Positions 1 to 13,789 of a stretch of 64,000 nt of DNA are shown here, piece after piece. The notes beneath the pieces are model-generated. The model was not told the DNA's origin and ran no database searches. It saw only the letters and a program-made list of their open reading frames with translations. How positions within the stretch are numbered: position 1 is the first letter of the stretch; the number at the start of each line of letters is the position of its first letter. Both the position numbers and the translations under genes were made by a program. Where the stretch lies: the NCBI RefSeq assembly GCF_006345805.1, contig NC_042997.1:127100001-127164000 (forward strand), read 5' to 3'. This DNA is from Octopus sinensis. Taxonomy: Eukaryota.

Positions 1-770
1 ATCTTTGAAATTCTCTTACTCATATTTCTAAATAAATTTCTCAGAATAGTGGGGATTGCTTAGAGATTCTATGACTTTATAGTATAACATCATTAGGCTT
101 CCGACAAGAATATTAGCTTAGTTTAAGTACCTGGAACTAAATTAAGGGTAAGATCTAAAGACCTGAATATACTAGCGTTAGTCTTCACCGTAATTTTAAT
201 ACAAAACTTCTAAAAGTGTTTATTAAATTCTTTCTGAGTCTTTCTAACTAGTGACCATTCCTATTACGTATCAAAATTAGTTCGTTGTCTCTGTATAACC
301 CTAATTCTATAAATTCAAATTTATATTTCAAGTTGTATGAAATCATTAACTTACAGACTCGGGCACTATGAAAGCAATAGTTAGGAACATCGAAGACTTC
401 CGTGTCACTACGCTTTGCTCAAAATTAAGCATCATGAGAGGGAAAAGATATCTTAGCGTGTCTAATTATATCGATGTCTGAATCACTGAAGGCAGTATAT
501 TTATGTCCGAAGTTTAAATCTGTCGTCAATCGGGATTCAGTAATAGACAAACTAATACACTGCAATGATGAGCTGAGTGAAATGGCAGGTATATTCATTT
601 TAATTAATGAATCATATATCACCTTATTGACTATACTTAATTCACTCTTAGAATTGCTAAGCTTTATTTGGAGTCCGTGTGAATTTATACTGCATCCGGT
701 AGTGAGGTCCTGGTTCAGAAGTCCCAGGATTTTGAAGAGTGTGGAATCACCTCTCAACCACAATTATTTA
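1..770 (-). pseudogene. Penelope-like element (PLE) reverse transcriptase remnant
   Basis: Minus-strand translation gives ...LTTDLNFGHKYTAFSDSDIDIIRHAKISF...FDVPNYCFHSARVCKLM...LGLYRDNELILIRNRNGH*LERLRKNLINTFRSF...LDLTLNL. This matches the PLE RT pattern (FDVxMGSxDxAExCELVG, GLYRDDGL, FLDVTLNL), with stops and frameshifts. Confidence 0.8.
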
Positions 771-1447
771 CAAATTTACTCTGACCCTCACAAGTAGCAC
801 TTGCCAGGGTCCCAGCCATGAGTTAATTAGCATGTCACGGGATTGCTTCCGGATGAAGGTCGCTCATATACACTCTAGATGAGCAGATGAGGCCCTTCAG
901 CCCATTAGCCGCTCTTCTAAGAGAAGGTAACTCCACACAAATCCTGCACCATGGTAGCTACAGAGCTCGTGGAACTTCTTGCACCAGATCAATACAAGTG
1001 TGAAGGACGAGTGAGTGAGACTAGCTCTGTTAAAAACCATATCCAATATTAATCGAGCAGGTTATTCAGCAAACCAAGGCACAAACATCATTGCTACCAC
1101 ATTTTCATACGTCCAATAGCGACAGAGAAAGAGGCGACGAGGACAGGCAGAGGATGCAACTGGACGGTTTCAATTTTGACCCCTGGGTGATAGTCGTTTT
1201 CACAGACCTAGTGCTATTTTTTGTTGAACCCTCATTTATCGAAACATCGAGATCTTCACCACTTAGTGTTAGCTAAAATAATAAGATTTATGCTTTTTAA
1301 AGTTGCTACGATGAATCTGGGCAGATACAATGTCAGTTCTATTAACTACTTTAAAGACTGATGCCAAATGCTGTGCTTCCTTGTAAATAACATTGTATGT
1401 GCAAGGATTAGCTTTTTTCTCCAAATACGTTTGTATGTATGTATGTA

Positions 1448-1757
1448 CTACGTCGATTACGACGGTTCCAGTTGATCCGATCGACGGAACAGCCTGCTCG
1501 TGATATTAACGTGCAAGTGGCTGAGCACTCCACAGACACGTGTACCCTTAAGGTAGTTCTCATGGAGATTCAGCATGACACAAAGTGTGACAAGGCTGAC
1601 CCTTTGAAATACAGGTACTACTCATTTTTGCCTGCTGAGTTCACTGGAACAACGTGAAATAAAGTATCTTGCTCAAGGAAACAACGCGTCGCTGGGAATT
1701 GAACTCACGACCATACAATAGCGAGCCGAATGCCCTAACCACTAAACCAAGCGCCTA
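1448..1757 (-). mobile_element. tRNA-derived SINE, family C (RTE-type 3' end)
   Basis: tRNA-like head on the minus strand (GGCGCTTGGTTTAGTGGTTAGGGC...GAGTTCAATTCC) with A/B boxes. Homologous copy at 50563-50889 and a fragment near 8015-8090. Confidence 0.8.
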
Positions 1758-2312
1758 TGAACGCTTGTATATTTGTATGTATGTATGTATGTATGTATGT
1801 ATGTATGTATGTATGTATGTATGTATGTATGTATGTATTTATGTATGTTTGTACACAGAAACTTACACGCACTCACACACGCCAACATACACGCACACAC
1901 ATATATTGGAAGATTTGCTGTGAGGTAAGATTATACATATTTATTTTCGTATGTATGTCATCTATCATAATTATATTCTTTCTGTTTATTTTCCTATCAC
2001 TGTACAGTTATATTTTTGTAATTCCAAATATTTCATAATCTATTTAAATATTTGTTGAGTACTTTAGTTAAAAAATACCTCGCTAAGACTAATAATGATT
2101 TATCCTGAGGAGTAGGTGTATTTTGTCTTATAAAATATGTATAGCTGTTTGAAAATGATTCTATGTTCAATACATCGAACGATACCTGCATCCTGCTAAC
2201 TATAAAATGTGTCTGTTTTCTTGTATATTCGTCTGTCCCAAGAAGTTTGATGTCTAACCTTCTTGACTGCTAGTCTTATGCTGCTAGTTACGACAAGATT
2301 CTATCATTCTAA

Positions 2313-2362
2313 TACTGCCTGATGAGTAATACAAGTGTCGAAACAGAACATCCTGTAGCGTA
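2313..2362 (+). ncRNA. Type I hammerhead ribozyme-like motif, degenerate stems
   Basis: CTGATGA at 2319-2325, G2326-C2339 closing pair, GAAA at 2340-2343. Stem III is ACAG/CTGT with a GUA triplet; stem I is TGC/GCG. Stem II is mismatched. Confidence 0.5.
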
Positions 2363-2518
2363 AGGTTTACTACCAGAGAATATTTCCTATATTTCATTGC
2401 ATAGACGTAATGTGTTTGTTTCAAATAGTTCAAAATTTGTTTGAACATTTGTGGACAATTAAGCGAAAAATACCACACTAAAAGTAATTATGTTGTATCC
2501 GGTAGAGTACGTGTCTCG

Positions 2519-2630
<112 letters not shown>

Positions 2631-2652
2631 GTGCGCGCGTGTGTGTGCATTC

Positions 2653-2812
2653 ATAGGCGTAGGCGTGGCTGTGTGATAAGAAGCTTGCTTCCCAACCACA
2701 TGGTTCCAGGTTCAGTCCCATTGCATGGCACTTGGGCAAATGTCTTCTACTATAGCCCCGGGCTGACCAAAGCTATGTCAGTGGATTTGGTAGAGGGAAA
2801 CTAAAAGAAGCC

Positions 2813-2852
<40 letters not shown>

Positions 2853-3095
2853 GTGTGTTGTATATATATATATATGTGTCTGTGTTTGCTTGTCCTCCCA
2901 TCATCGCTTGACAATGTTGGTGTCGGTGTTCTTACTGACCTGTAACGCAGAGGTTCGTCAAAAGTAACCGATACAATAAGTACTAAGCTTACAAAGAATA
3001 AGCATTAGTGTCGATTTGTCCAACTAAAACCCTTTAAGGTGGTGCTCCAGCATGGCCGCAGTCAAATGACCGAAACAAGTAAAAGGATAAAAGAA
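2653..3095 (+). mobile_element. tRNA-derived SINE, family A (bipartite, internal (TA)n(TG)n tract), full length
   Basis: Head GGCGTAGGCGTGGCTGTGTG...GGTTCAGTCCC (A/B boxes), internal microsatellite, 3' end GGTGCTCCAGCATGGCCGCAGTCAAATGACCGAAACAAGTAAAAG. About 20 homologous copies in the window. Confidence 0.9.
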
Positions 3096-3453
3096 TATAT
3101 GTATATATGTGTGTATTTGAGTGATTGCGTGCGCGCGCGCGTGTATGTGTATTTGTGTGTGTGTGTGTATGTGTGCGTGAGTATGCAGTATATATTCAGG
3201 CATACTAATGCCCATGTTTTCCGTGGGCGTTTTATGATCCTTAATATTAGGCTGTGTATACCTCAACAGACGGTGAAAACTTATAATTATGTTTACAAAA
3301 TTTTCACTCGTCACCGTTTCTTAACATATGCAGAATACGTACATGTTTATACACACACACACACACAAACACACGTATACACACACGTGCTCATATTTCT
3401 GTCTACATATGAATGTAAACATACAAGCGTATATATATATTTCTATACATAAT

Positions 3454-3528
<75 letters not shown>

Positions 3529-4483
3529 TCATACACATGCGTATTGCGTATGTGTGCTGTATTTCCTTCAAACAAGCTTTGGGCACTAAATCTATGTAAG
3601 TTTTTTGCTTTGTTAAAATGAAGCATATTTGTAGGTATTCTTTTCGAAAGTAGTTCTGTTTCATCCACAATAGCTAGTTGTCTCACGTCACAATTGTCTA
3701 TTTCCATGATATTTTTCTTTCATTCTCAAAACATCCAAAAATATCTGTAGTGTATTTACAGCGTCACCTATTACGTAAAGATTGTGAATTCCTGTTCAAC
3801 CAGAAAAACGCAGAAAACGTTTCTTCAGATCCTACTAGAATCTCATTTTGTTCTCTCGTTGCAGAAAATAAACCTAAAGCTTTCATTTTAATAGCCACAC
3901 TGCTTCGAAGAATCTACTCCCATATTTTTTTTTCTTGTGAAAAAAGGGAAAAAAAGTTGTTCCGTTTTAAACATGATACTTCTTCTATTCCTCTTTATTT
4001 GCTTACCAGAATTTAATGCAGTTTCACTTTATTTTCTTATAATTGTTCATAATACCATTTCATTCGCTCCCAAGTCTTGCCCTACTTATATTTTGCCGTT
4101 ACTTTATTCATGTCTTTATAACTTCCAATTTATCATTCGCAGTTAACACTTGCCACTTAACACCAAATTTTTTCGCGTCAATCTCTCTTGTATACACATA
4201 ATCATTTATGGTAAATTGCGTGTTATATACGTTTGCTGAAGAGGAGCAACGAGATGACTTCTCGAAACGCAGTTTACATTTGTGCCACATTTATTGAAAC
4301 AAACAGACAAACAAACAAAAACGTGCTAAGTACTTAATTTTAGTCACGACTGATGCATGGGGAGCAATATTCATACACATACTCGCGATTCTAGAACCGT
4401 GCTATTCGAGATAGTGTTAATGGGGAACTTGCTACGCGTGTACACATACCACACAATATATATATATATATATATATTTGCAT

Positions 4484-4528
<45 letters not shown>

Positions 4529-4551
4529 TATACATATGCATAATGTATATT

Positions 4552-4633
<82 letters not shown>

Positions 4634-4730
4634 CTATATCTCTCTATACATTTCTAATATATGTATGTATATGTATATGTATATGTATATATATATGTGT
4701 GTGTATATAATATATTATATATATATATAT

Positions 4731-4822
<92 letters not shown>

Positions 4823-5727
4823 AGATAGATGAATATGTACGTATGTACACACACAGACAAATACCCATGGATAAATACACGAGTACGCATGTGTGTGTGT
4901 GAATATGTGTATATATATATGTGCGTGTGTGTGTGTGAATGTGTGTATATATATATGTGCGTGTGTGTGCGTGTATTTATGCATGTATGTGTGTATGTAT
5001 GTGCATTTAGATGCGCGAATATACAAGTATACACGCGTTTACATATATAAGTATATACATATGAACTTGCGTTGTGTGTGTGTATTGTGCGTGTGTGCGC
5101 GCGCCCGCCCGCTTGCGTGCGTGCGTGTGTGCGTGTGTGTGTATGTCTTTATGTATGCGTGCGTGTGTGTGATTGGGAAGGGTGTGATTCGTGTTTGTCA
5201 TATGCAAAATAAACAGAATTGCACTTCCGAACCAATTCCTTTTCCTTTCCTCTCCGGTTGGAAACTTTCTTTTAAGCTTATTGTTCCATTCATATTTCTC
5301 TTCCTTTCGTCTCACCCATTTTTTCTTCATATTCGTATATTTCTACATCATATTTCATACCCGCTTATTTACACACGTTTTTTTTATGTTTTTGTATCTT
5401 TTCGTATTTTTCAGTATTCATAAACAAACTTATTCTTCCTCTCGTAACCCTTTCTCTTTACCTGCCTTTTCACCGATAAATTCAATCCCTTCCCCCTTCT
5501 CTCATTCCTGTCTATTTATTTATATATTTAGATTTTTGAAATTTTCTGTACAAGCAATAAGATCTCTTTGCTTCAATATTTTCCAATCAAACCTTGCATA
5601 GAAACTCATATATTTTAACTTCACCTCTTTTAAACTTCTGCATACATTTCATTTTATATAATTGTCAGAAGAGCGGAAGCGAGAAACCTGGAGTAGCGAT
5701 TTGTGAAAATTCAGTTTCCAATAATAG

Positions 5728-5801
<74 letters not shown>

Positions 5802-5805
5802 ATAA

Positions 5806-5864
<59 letters not shown>

Positions 5865-5939
5865 CTACCTACCTACCTACCTACCTACCTACCTATCTAT
5901 CTATCTATCTGTCTGTCTGTCTGTCTGTCTGTGTGTCTG

Positions 5940-5994
<55 letters not shown>

Positions 5995-5999
5995 GTCTG

Positions 6000-6080
<81 letters not shown>

Positions 6081-6137
6081 TCGTCTGTCTTTCTGTCTCG
6101 CTCTTTCGCTATCTCTGCTTGTATATATATATATATA

Positions 6138-6418
6138 TCACCGTGATCACCGTGACCGACCAGGCTATCAGATTTTGCTACACATCGCTGGTCACAATGC
6201 GCTTCGCATTGTTTTAGCCTTCAAATGATGTCACCCCTCTGGCTAAGCGAGCAAGCCAACAGAAGAAAGAGTGAGAGAAAGTGGTGGCGAAAGAGTACAA
6301 CAGGGATCGCCACCACCCACTGCCGGAGCCTCATGGAACTTTAGGTGTTTTCGCTCGATAAGCACTCACAACGCCCGGTCTGGGAATCGAAATCGCGATC
6401 CTACGACCGCGAGTCTTG
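6138..6418 (-). mobile_element. tRNA-derived SINE, family D ((CACGGTGAT)n tail)
   Basis: Minus strand GGTCGTAGGATCGCGATTTCGATTCCCAGACCGGGCG (B-box region) and a short tandem-repeat tail. Confidence 0.7.
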
Positions 6419-6419
6419 T

Positions 6420-6698
6420 ACCTAGAAAGTTACGTTCCCAGGCACAAGTCTGGGCAAGGTTGTTTTATGGAAGACCAGCAGTCGCCCATGCATACCCTCT
6501 CCACGCCGCCAGTGTTATCCAAGGGAAAGGCATTGACCGACACAGCTTGGCACCAGTGACGTTGCAACTCATTTCTACAGCTGAGTGAACTGGAGCAACG
6601 TGAAATAAAGTGTCTTGCACAAGAACACAACACGCAGCCCGATCCTGGATTCGAACACACAACCTCACGATCGTAAGCTCGACGCTCTAACCACTGAG
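6420..6698 (-). mobile_element. tRNA-derived SINE, family E
   Basis: Minus strand CTCAGTGGTTAGAGCGTCGAGCTTACGATCGTGAGGTTGTGTGTTCGAATCC. Homologous to 53625-53960. Confidence 0.85.
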
Positions 6699-6715
6699 TG
6701 TATATATATATATAT

Positions 6716-6752
<37 letters not shown>

Positions 6753-6833
6753 ACACACACATACAAAGAGATACATAGCTATTTATATGTATATGTGTAT
6801 GAGTGTATGTGCCCGCGCGTGTATATACAGTAT

Positions 6834-6919
<86 letters not shown>

Positions 6920-7002
6920 GCGATGCTCCTGCAAAGAGTCGGTGTTCCAGCATGGCCGCAGTCATATGACTGAAACAAATAAAAGAATAAAATAATATAT
7001 AT

Positions 7003-7067
<65 letters not shown>

Positions 7068-7636
7068 ATATACACCACATATATATATTTATATATTCAT
7101 AAACATATATGTACATTAAGGGTACATAATATAGATGTATGTACGTTATGTGTGTACGTGTGAGCGCTATTGTATGCATGCATGCGTACGTGAGAATGTA
7201 TGCAATGGAAACAGATTTTATTTTAAACTCGTGTTATTAAGAGTGACATGTTACCGTTTTAACTTCTTGAAAAAGAATTTTCGTATTTCCTTCTTATAGT
7301 TTTCCATGTTGCATGATTTAGAATAATAAATTTCCTGACTTCATAAATATTTTAGACCTTCCCAGAATAAAATCACTGTTGCAAAGGTCTTTATTTTTGC
7401 AGTTAGATGTTGGTTTATATGAGAATATACTTTATAATTCTTGGTACCACTTTGTGACAGAATGCGCTAAACTGTCTTCTGTCTTTCTCACTTTACATAC
7501 ACATAGTCACATGCACATACACACTAATACACATGCTCACACGTATGTATGCCTGATATCTATATTCCCTTCGTGGTATCAATCATTAGAAAGCCATCAT
7601 GTGGTGTCACAATATCAAAGCTATTATTTTTGTAAA

Positions 7637-7874
7637 AGGCGGCGAGCTGGTAGAAGCGTTAGCACGCTGGGTGAAATGCTTAGCGGTATTTCGTCTGCCG
7701 CTACGTTGTGAGTTCAAATTCCGCCGAGGTCAACTTTGCCTTTCATCCTTTCGGGGTCGATAAATTAAGTACCAGTTACGCACTGGGGTCGATGTAATCG
7801 ACTTAATACCTATGTCTGTCCTTGTTTGTCCCCTCTGTGTTTAGCCCCTTGTGGGTAATAAAGAAATAGGTATT
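7637..7874 (+). mobile_element. tRNA-related SINE, family B, full length
   Basis: AAGGCGGCGAGCTGGTAGAAGCGTTAGC...GAGTTCAAATTCC...CCTTTCATCCTTTCGGGGTCGATAAATTAAGTACC. About 13 copies in the window. The central motif resembles a conserved SINE core domain (superfamily not verified). Confidence 0.9.
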
Positions 7875-9234
7875 ATATTTGTAAGTTAAATTGATCTAAT
7901 TATACTCTTCCCTAATTATGCACCTTTACGCCATTTACTTCCTTTTATTCACGTAAATTATCTTAATATATTCAAACCGACTATTCTTGTAAAGGGTTTC
8001 TTATATATGGCAACATCAGCACCCGTCGGTTACGACTACAGGTCATCCGATCACTGGAACAGTCTGTTGGTGAAATTAACGTGAAAGTGAGGAAAGGGGA
8101 AGAAATTAAAAATCCAGACGAATAATTAAAATCATTCTGTAGGATCAAAGCGGGTTAACTAAATTGTCTAGTGAGATGCATAATAATCCACTCAGACTAA
8201 ACATTTACTTTCCACTGTCTGTCCAAAATTCAAACAACGAATTGATTCAGTATAAGATCACACAGTATAATAGTAAAGCACAAAAAGCGGAGAATTATAT
8301 ATATTTAATCAGCTTACGCTCGTTTCGGATAGATGGGAAAATTACATAATTTTGTGATGTAGTAATTATGCATATTAATCTGTCCTATATTTGATGAATA
8401 AATATTCTATAGAGACTGAGAAATTTAACAGTATTCTATCCTTATAAAAGCTATACCACACTGTTTGGGAAGGAATACATTTTAAGGAAGTTAGATAGTA
8501 GTAAAACTAACAATATTTGACAAGTATGAGGTGTAGGGAGGTATACCATCAGACCTACTTAGAAATTCTATTTATCCGATCACGATAGAAATGTAATTTG
8601 ACATGTCAAGATTCATATCCCGTTTGGCCTATTATTGACACCTTCAAATATACAAAAATGGCACATAGAGCCAAACTATTCATTAGGTATATTACTTAGG
8701 TTACGATGGAAGTGACATTTGATCAGTATTAATTCTAAGTATAAATTATGAGTAGACGACAGATTGAGTGACTGAGAATTCCAAAGGAGGATAAACAGTA
8801 TAATTCGTTAAGGAAGATATTCTATTTCAAAAGTATATTCAGACGAAAAAAATATCTCAATAATAGGCTTAACCAGTTATGTAGTTGTAAAAATCGTAAA
8901 AACATTTAGGCTATAAATCTTGAATAACAACAGAGAAGTGTATTTGCTATTATACAGGTCGAGATTATATCACCAAGTTTCATCGTGTAGACAGAAAAAA
9001 AAGAAGAAAACATACTTTTTTAAGTAAATGTGCAAGAAACCTCCAAGGGAGAATGAATGTTAGGTACGATATTAAAGGATTAACAATAAGTAGTGTACTA
9101 CCATATAATCGTAGTAAAATGCAAGTTATATCTCTAGGAAACGCTACATATCCTTATATTCAAATCGAACATATCAAATAAAGAAATGAATTCATGTTAA
9201 AGATATTCTCATTTATGAAGAAGAACCTTTAAAA

Positions 9235-9709
9235 CCAAGCTAACATGGCAGTCCAGAAAAATAGGACGAATGCTGCCGTTGATTAGCTCCAAGAAGCCAT
9301 CGCCTCTAGCTAGCTTTGTGACACACAAACCTGTGTCCATTATAACATTCTAACAGGGGAGGTCAGCAGCTTCCCCTTGCTGGTCAGGCATCCACAGACT
9401 AGACTTTAATGATATTTCTATTTTTGAAAACCAGTGGATGTATTCCACTGAATTTAGGTAAATAATCATTCGAACAGTCGGTCAGCAGCGACGCCTGCTG
9501 GGTTCGACTATTCCACATTGATAAGAGGCAACTACCTCGAAACTAGTCTGTGGATGCCAGACCAGCAAGGGGAAGCTACTGACCCCCCCTGTTCGAATAT
9601 TATACTGGACACAGGTCCGTGTGTCACATAGCTAGCTAGAGGCGATGGCCTCTTGGAGTGATCAACGGCAGCATTAGTCCTATCTTTCTGGACTGCCATG
9701 TTGGCTTGG
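9235..9709. repeat. Fold-back element: ~168-bp imperfect inverted repeats (9235-9402 / 9543-9709) around a ~140-bp spacer
   Basis: CCAAGCTAACATGGCAGTCC...GGCATCCACAGACTAG versus CTAGTCTGTGGATGCC...GGACTGCCATGTTGGCTTGG. Confidence 0.9.
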
Positions 9710-10269
9710 CGATAACTATTAATATCCAGTACCGCTGCCGTAGTCTCCCTGAGAGGGAATTAGAAATAATGATATTTCAGCCTTTAAAACATTCGCTAAT
9801 AAATAGAGTACTGATTAGCGTACGCTAATATAATTTGTTGGGTCTGCTGTCTTGGTCCAGTATATTTAATATATATAATATATTCAATAGAGCTAGTATT
9901 ATTTAGTAGATATACTAATATCTAGTGTCTCTAATTTACCTGTTTTAATCTTCTAATTATTATTATTATAATTATCACTATTAGTTTTGGTATTATCATT
10001 GCTATTACTATCATTTAAATTTCGCAGTTTAAATATTTACTTATATTCTTCCTTATTTTTAAATATTATTTAATTTATATTTTTAAATTTATTCGTAAGT
10101 TCACTTTGCCTTAAGTTATCTTAATAATTCTACAAAGGTTTAAATATTTATTCTTTTAAGAGAAATAATTTTTTGAAATAGAATGTATTCCTCGGTGAAT
10201 TAGATTGATAATTTTCCTTTGGCATTCTCAGGTTTACGTAACACCTCATGATAAAATTTCGTGGACGCG

Positions 10270-11893
10270 AGAAAACCTGACCAGTTCATCGGACATATGG
10301 AGTCAAATTCCACACTGAGATTCAGGCAACACTAAGCTGTCTAAGATAACCCGTCCAAGGATCTTTCCAGCAACACACAAAAGGGAGATACCTTTATGGT
10401 TGTCACATTAACATTTGTTACCGTTATGATTATAAAGATGGACAACAGAAGCGTCTTTGAACTCCTGTGGAACTGATCCTGATTCCCAGCTGGTATCTCG
10501 GTTGGTATGGCGTCGTTCCCAGGCGACTTTCCATTCGTGAGCTGTTTTATGGCATTTTTTTTACTTAAGCATTTGATAGAGCAACCGACAGTTCTTCAAG
10601 GACAGGCCTTTGTTGTAGGTTGATGATTAGTTCTTCATCAACATTCGAGTCCATATTCAGAACATTTGAAAAGGGCTTTGCCCTGCGCTTCGTGATCTTC
10701 TGTTGAAAGTATGGGAGTGGAGCCGACAGACACAGGTCCAAAAACACCCTTTAAATTCTGGTAGAATGACTCGGAGTCACATCTGCCCGCAGCATCTTGT
10801 AATTCTTGTGCTTTCCTTGTACCTTCCTTTGCCACTATATCTGTTTCATTTGCCTCAGTTGAGATTGGCATGTATTTTTGGCCTTTTAAAAACTTATTAT
10901 GTTTTGTGGTATTATTCATATTTGACATCCATTGACAGTGGCACTTAAGCTTATTTTCCAAAAGAGGAGAGATGTTTGGATCATTCGAGTCAAACCAATC
11001 TTGGTGCTTCCTCTTAACATATCCGAGTGTTTCACAAGACGACTCAAATACGCTGATTCAATACCCGTGATATCTGAGATGCTAGCAAGTTTGTTCTCAC
11101 AATCATCAAATGAGGTTAAATTGTCATTGTTCCTCAGCTTTGTTACATCCACTTTTCGAATTGGTCGAGTGCAATTGCTATGAGTAGGACTGCGTATAGT
11201 AAAATTCTCCTATGATTGCATCAATCTGTGGTCAGAGCAGCACTCCTCAATGGAGAAAGAACGTGTTACTTGGACATCTTCCCTCATGGAAGACCGCACA
11301 ATGAGGTGATAATGGTTTGATCGAGGATGCTTCCATGTAATTTTGTGGTGGTTGGGGAACTGGAAAATAGTATTGGTAATCAAAAGTCCATACTCAAGCG
11401 ATAGCAGCAGATGGCCGTTTGAGTTTGCCTTACCAAACCCATGGTTCCCTATTACGTCACACCATAGGAATGTATCACAGCCTACACGTGCATTGAAATC
11501 ACCAAAGAGAAGAAGTTTATAATGAATGAGACAACTCTCAACTGGCTACGTAGCTCAGAGTAGAACTGTTCTTTGACTACTTCATTTAAGTTCATGGTTG
11601 GAGCATAGCAGCTGAAAACAGTTGCATATTTATTTTGCAGATGCACAATGACGTGAGTCTTTCATTAATGCCAACAGGCAAAGAGTCAAGTTCATTCTGA
11701 ATAGCAAACCAGTCATTCCGAATGGCAAACCCACTACCTGCCTCTTTCTTTACTTCCTGAGGCTTACCCATCCAGAAAAAGTGTATCCACCTTCAAATTC
11801 CTATAGCTGACCACAGTCCGCTAATCTGGTTTGTGAAAGAGCTGCTATTCCGATGTCTTTTCCTTCAAGGCATGGGCAACCAAAGAGGTCCTA
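10270..11893 (-). pseudogene. RTE-clade LINE fragment (APE endonuclease plus start of RT), degenerate
   Basis: Minus-strand motifs IAALSQTRLA, GYTFFWMGK, CYAPT, LFGDFNARVG, IGNHGFGKANSNGHLLL, TWKHPRSNH, SFYQNLKGVFGP, GKSPGNDAIP, ESQCG. Many stops and frameshifts. Confidence 0.9.
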
Positions 11894-12563
11894 CTTTCTA
11901 TATTTTTCTTGCTGTTCTGAAGAGTTGCCATATTCCAAGATGCAATAATGAGGTTTTCTGTTTTCAATTAGCTGTTTACATCCCCGTAACTTAGCGGTTC
12001 GGCTAAAGAGACCGATAGAATAAGTCCTGGGGTCAATTTGCTCGACTAAAGGCAGTGCTCCAGCATGGCCACAGACAAATGACTGAAACAAGTAAAAGAG
12101 TAAAATAGAGTATATACATATAATAGAAATATGTTACAAAAAGAAAATAGAAACTACACGTGGTAATGTGAGGGGAAAGTAAGAAAAAATCAACGAAAAT
12201 GCACATAATAAATAAAATAAGTAATGGCTTTTTATGAAAAGTAACGTCAGATATATACAATTAGATGAACTGAGGTAGGAATAAAAGTAATAAAAGTCAT
12301 TATTGCGAGATTATTAAAGAGATTCAAGCATACCGACGGTTTCGTAAGTTACTATTCCTTGCTTTTACTGAACACCGATTACTATATATCCTTTCTACTA
12401 TAGGCACAAGGCCTGAAATTTTGAGGTGAGGGGTTAAGTCGATGTAATCGACTGCAATACATGTCTGGTACTTATTTAATTGACCCCGAAAGGATGAAAG
12501 GCGAAGTCAACCTCGGCGGAATTTGAACTTAGAACATATATATATAGCTATACATACATACAT

Positions 12564-12660
<97 letters not shown>

Positions 12661-13445
12661 CTCTGGTATATCCACTGATCCGTTGATTCCTATTAATATT
12701 TCATTCTCTGTGAATATCACGGAATAGAACATGATGCAATAGTACCGCCATTCTATCTTATTCTCGTTTCTATGTTTGTTTAGTTCTACAGATATATGCG
12801 ATCCTTTATAAGTTGTCGTCTGATCAACAACCACGGCGGCTGCAATCATACGAAGGCGTTCGTTTTATAAGCGAGATTCCCTCTCAAATTGGCCTTTTCA
12901 AAACTAGAATCCTTGTGATGATGATCCATCTTCGACATGGTGAAACTAATTAGTCTTGAAATATTTTGATGTCCATATTGATATCTGTTATCAGATACAT
13001 ATCTTTATGTCACTGGATGTCTAAATATAAATTTGCATTGAGTTCTTTTATATCAAACGCTTGGGAATATACACTTCGGTGTGTGTGTACCGATTGATAT
13101 TAATGCATACAACATACATACAGACACACATACACACATATCTACATATATTAATATCAATCGGACCATATAGCGATATATGTTTGTGTATATCTGTGTA
13201 CAAATGTACATACCTGCATCCATCACATCAATCCATCGATCCAACAATACATGCATATAAACACACACACACACACACACACACCACACACATATATATA
13301 ATATATATATGTAGATATATATGTGTGTTTGTATGTATATATATATGTATATATATCGATGTATATATATATATATGTCTTTGCATATATATATATATGT
13401 ACATATATATATATACATATCTATATATATGTATATATATCGATG

Positions 13446-13476
<31 letters not shown>

Positions 13477-13643
13477 TTATATTATATATATATATTATGT
13501 ATTACATATATGTATGTATATATATATATATGTATATACATATATACATATATATACATATATACATATATATGTATATATATATAATAATCGATATATA
13601 TTATATATACATACTTTCTCTCTTTCTCTCTCTCTCTGTATAT

Positions 13644-13691
<48 letters not shown>

Positions 13692-13733
13692 GTATATAAT
13701 ATGTATATATATATATACAATATATATAAATAA

Positions 13734-13789
<56 letters not shown>

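Noticed and set aside
4212-4265. CTGAAGAG-GAG..CTC-GAAACGCAGT hammerhead-like string
   Set aside because: Stem II register is off by one and stem I does not pair. At most a decayed PLE-type end.
12915-12960. TGATGA..CCAT/ATGG..GAAACTAATTAGTC
   Set aside because: The palindromic stem III and GUC are suggestive, but C3 is missing and stem I cannot form.
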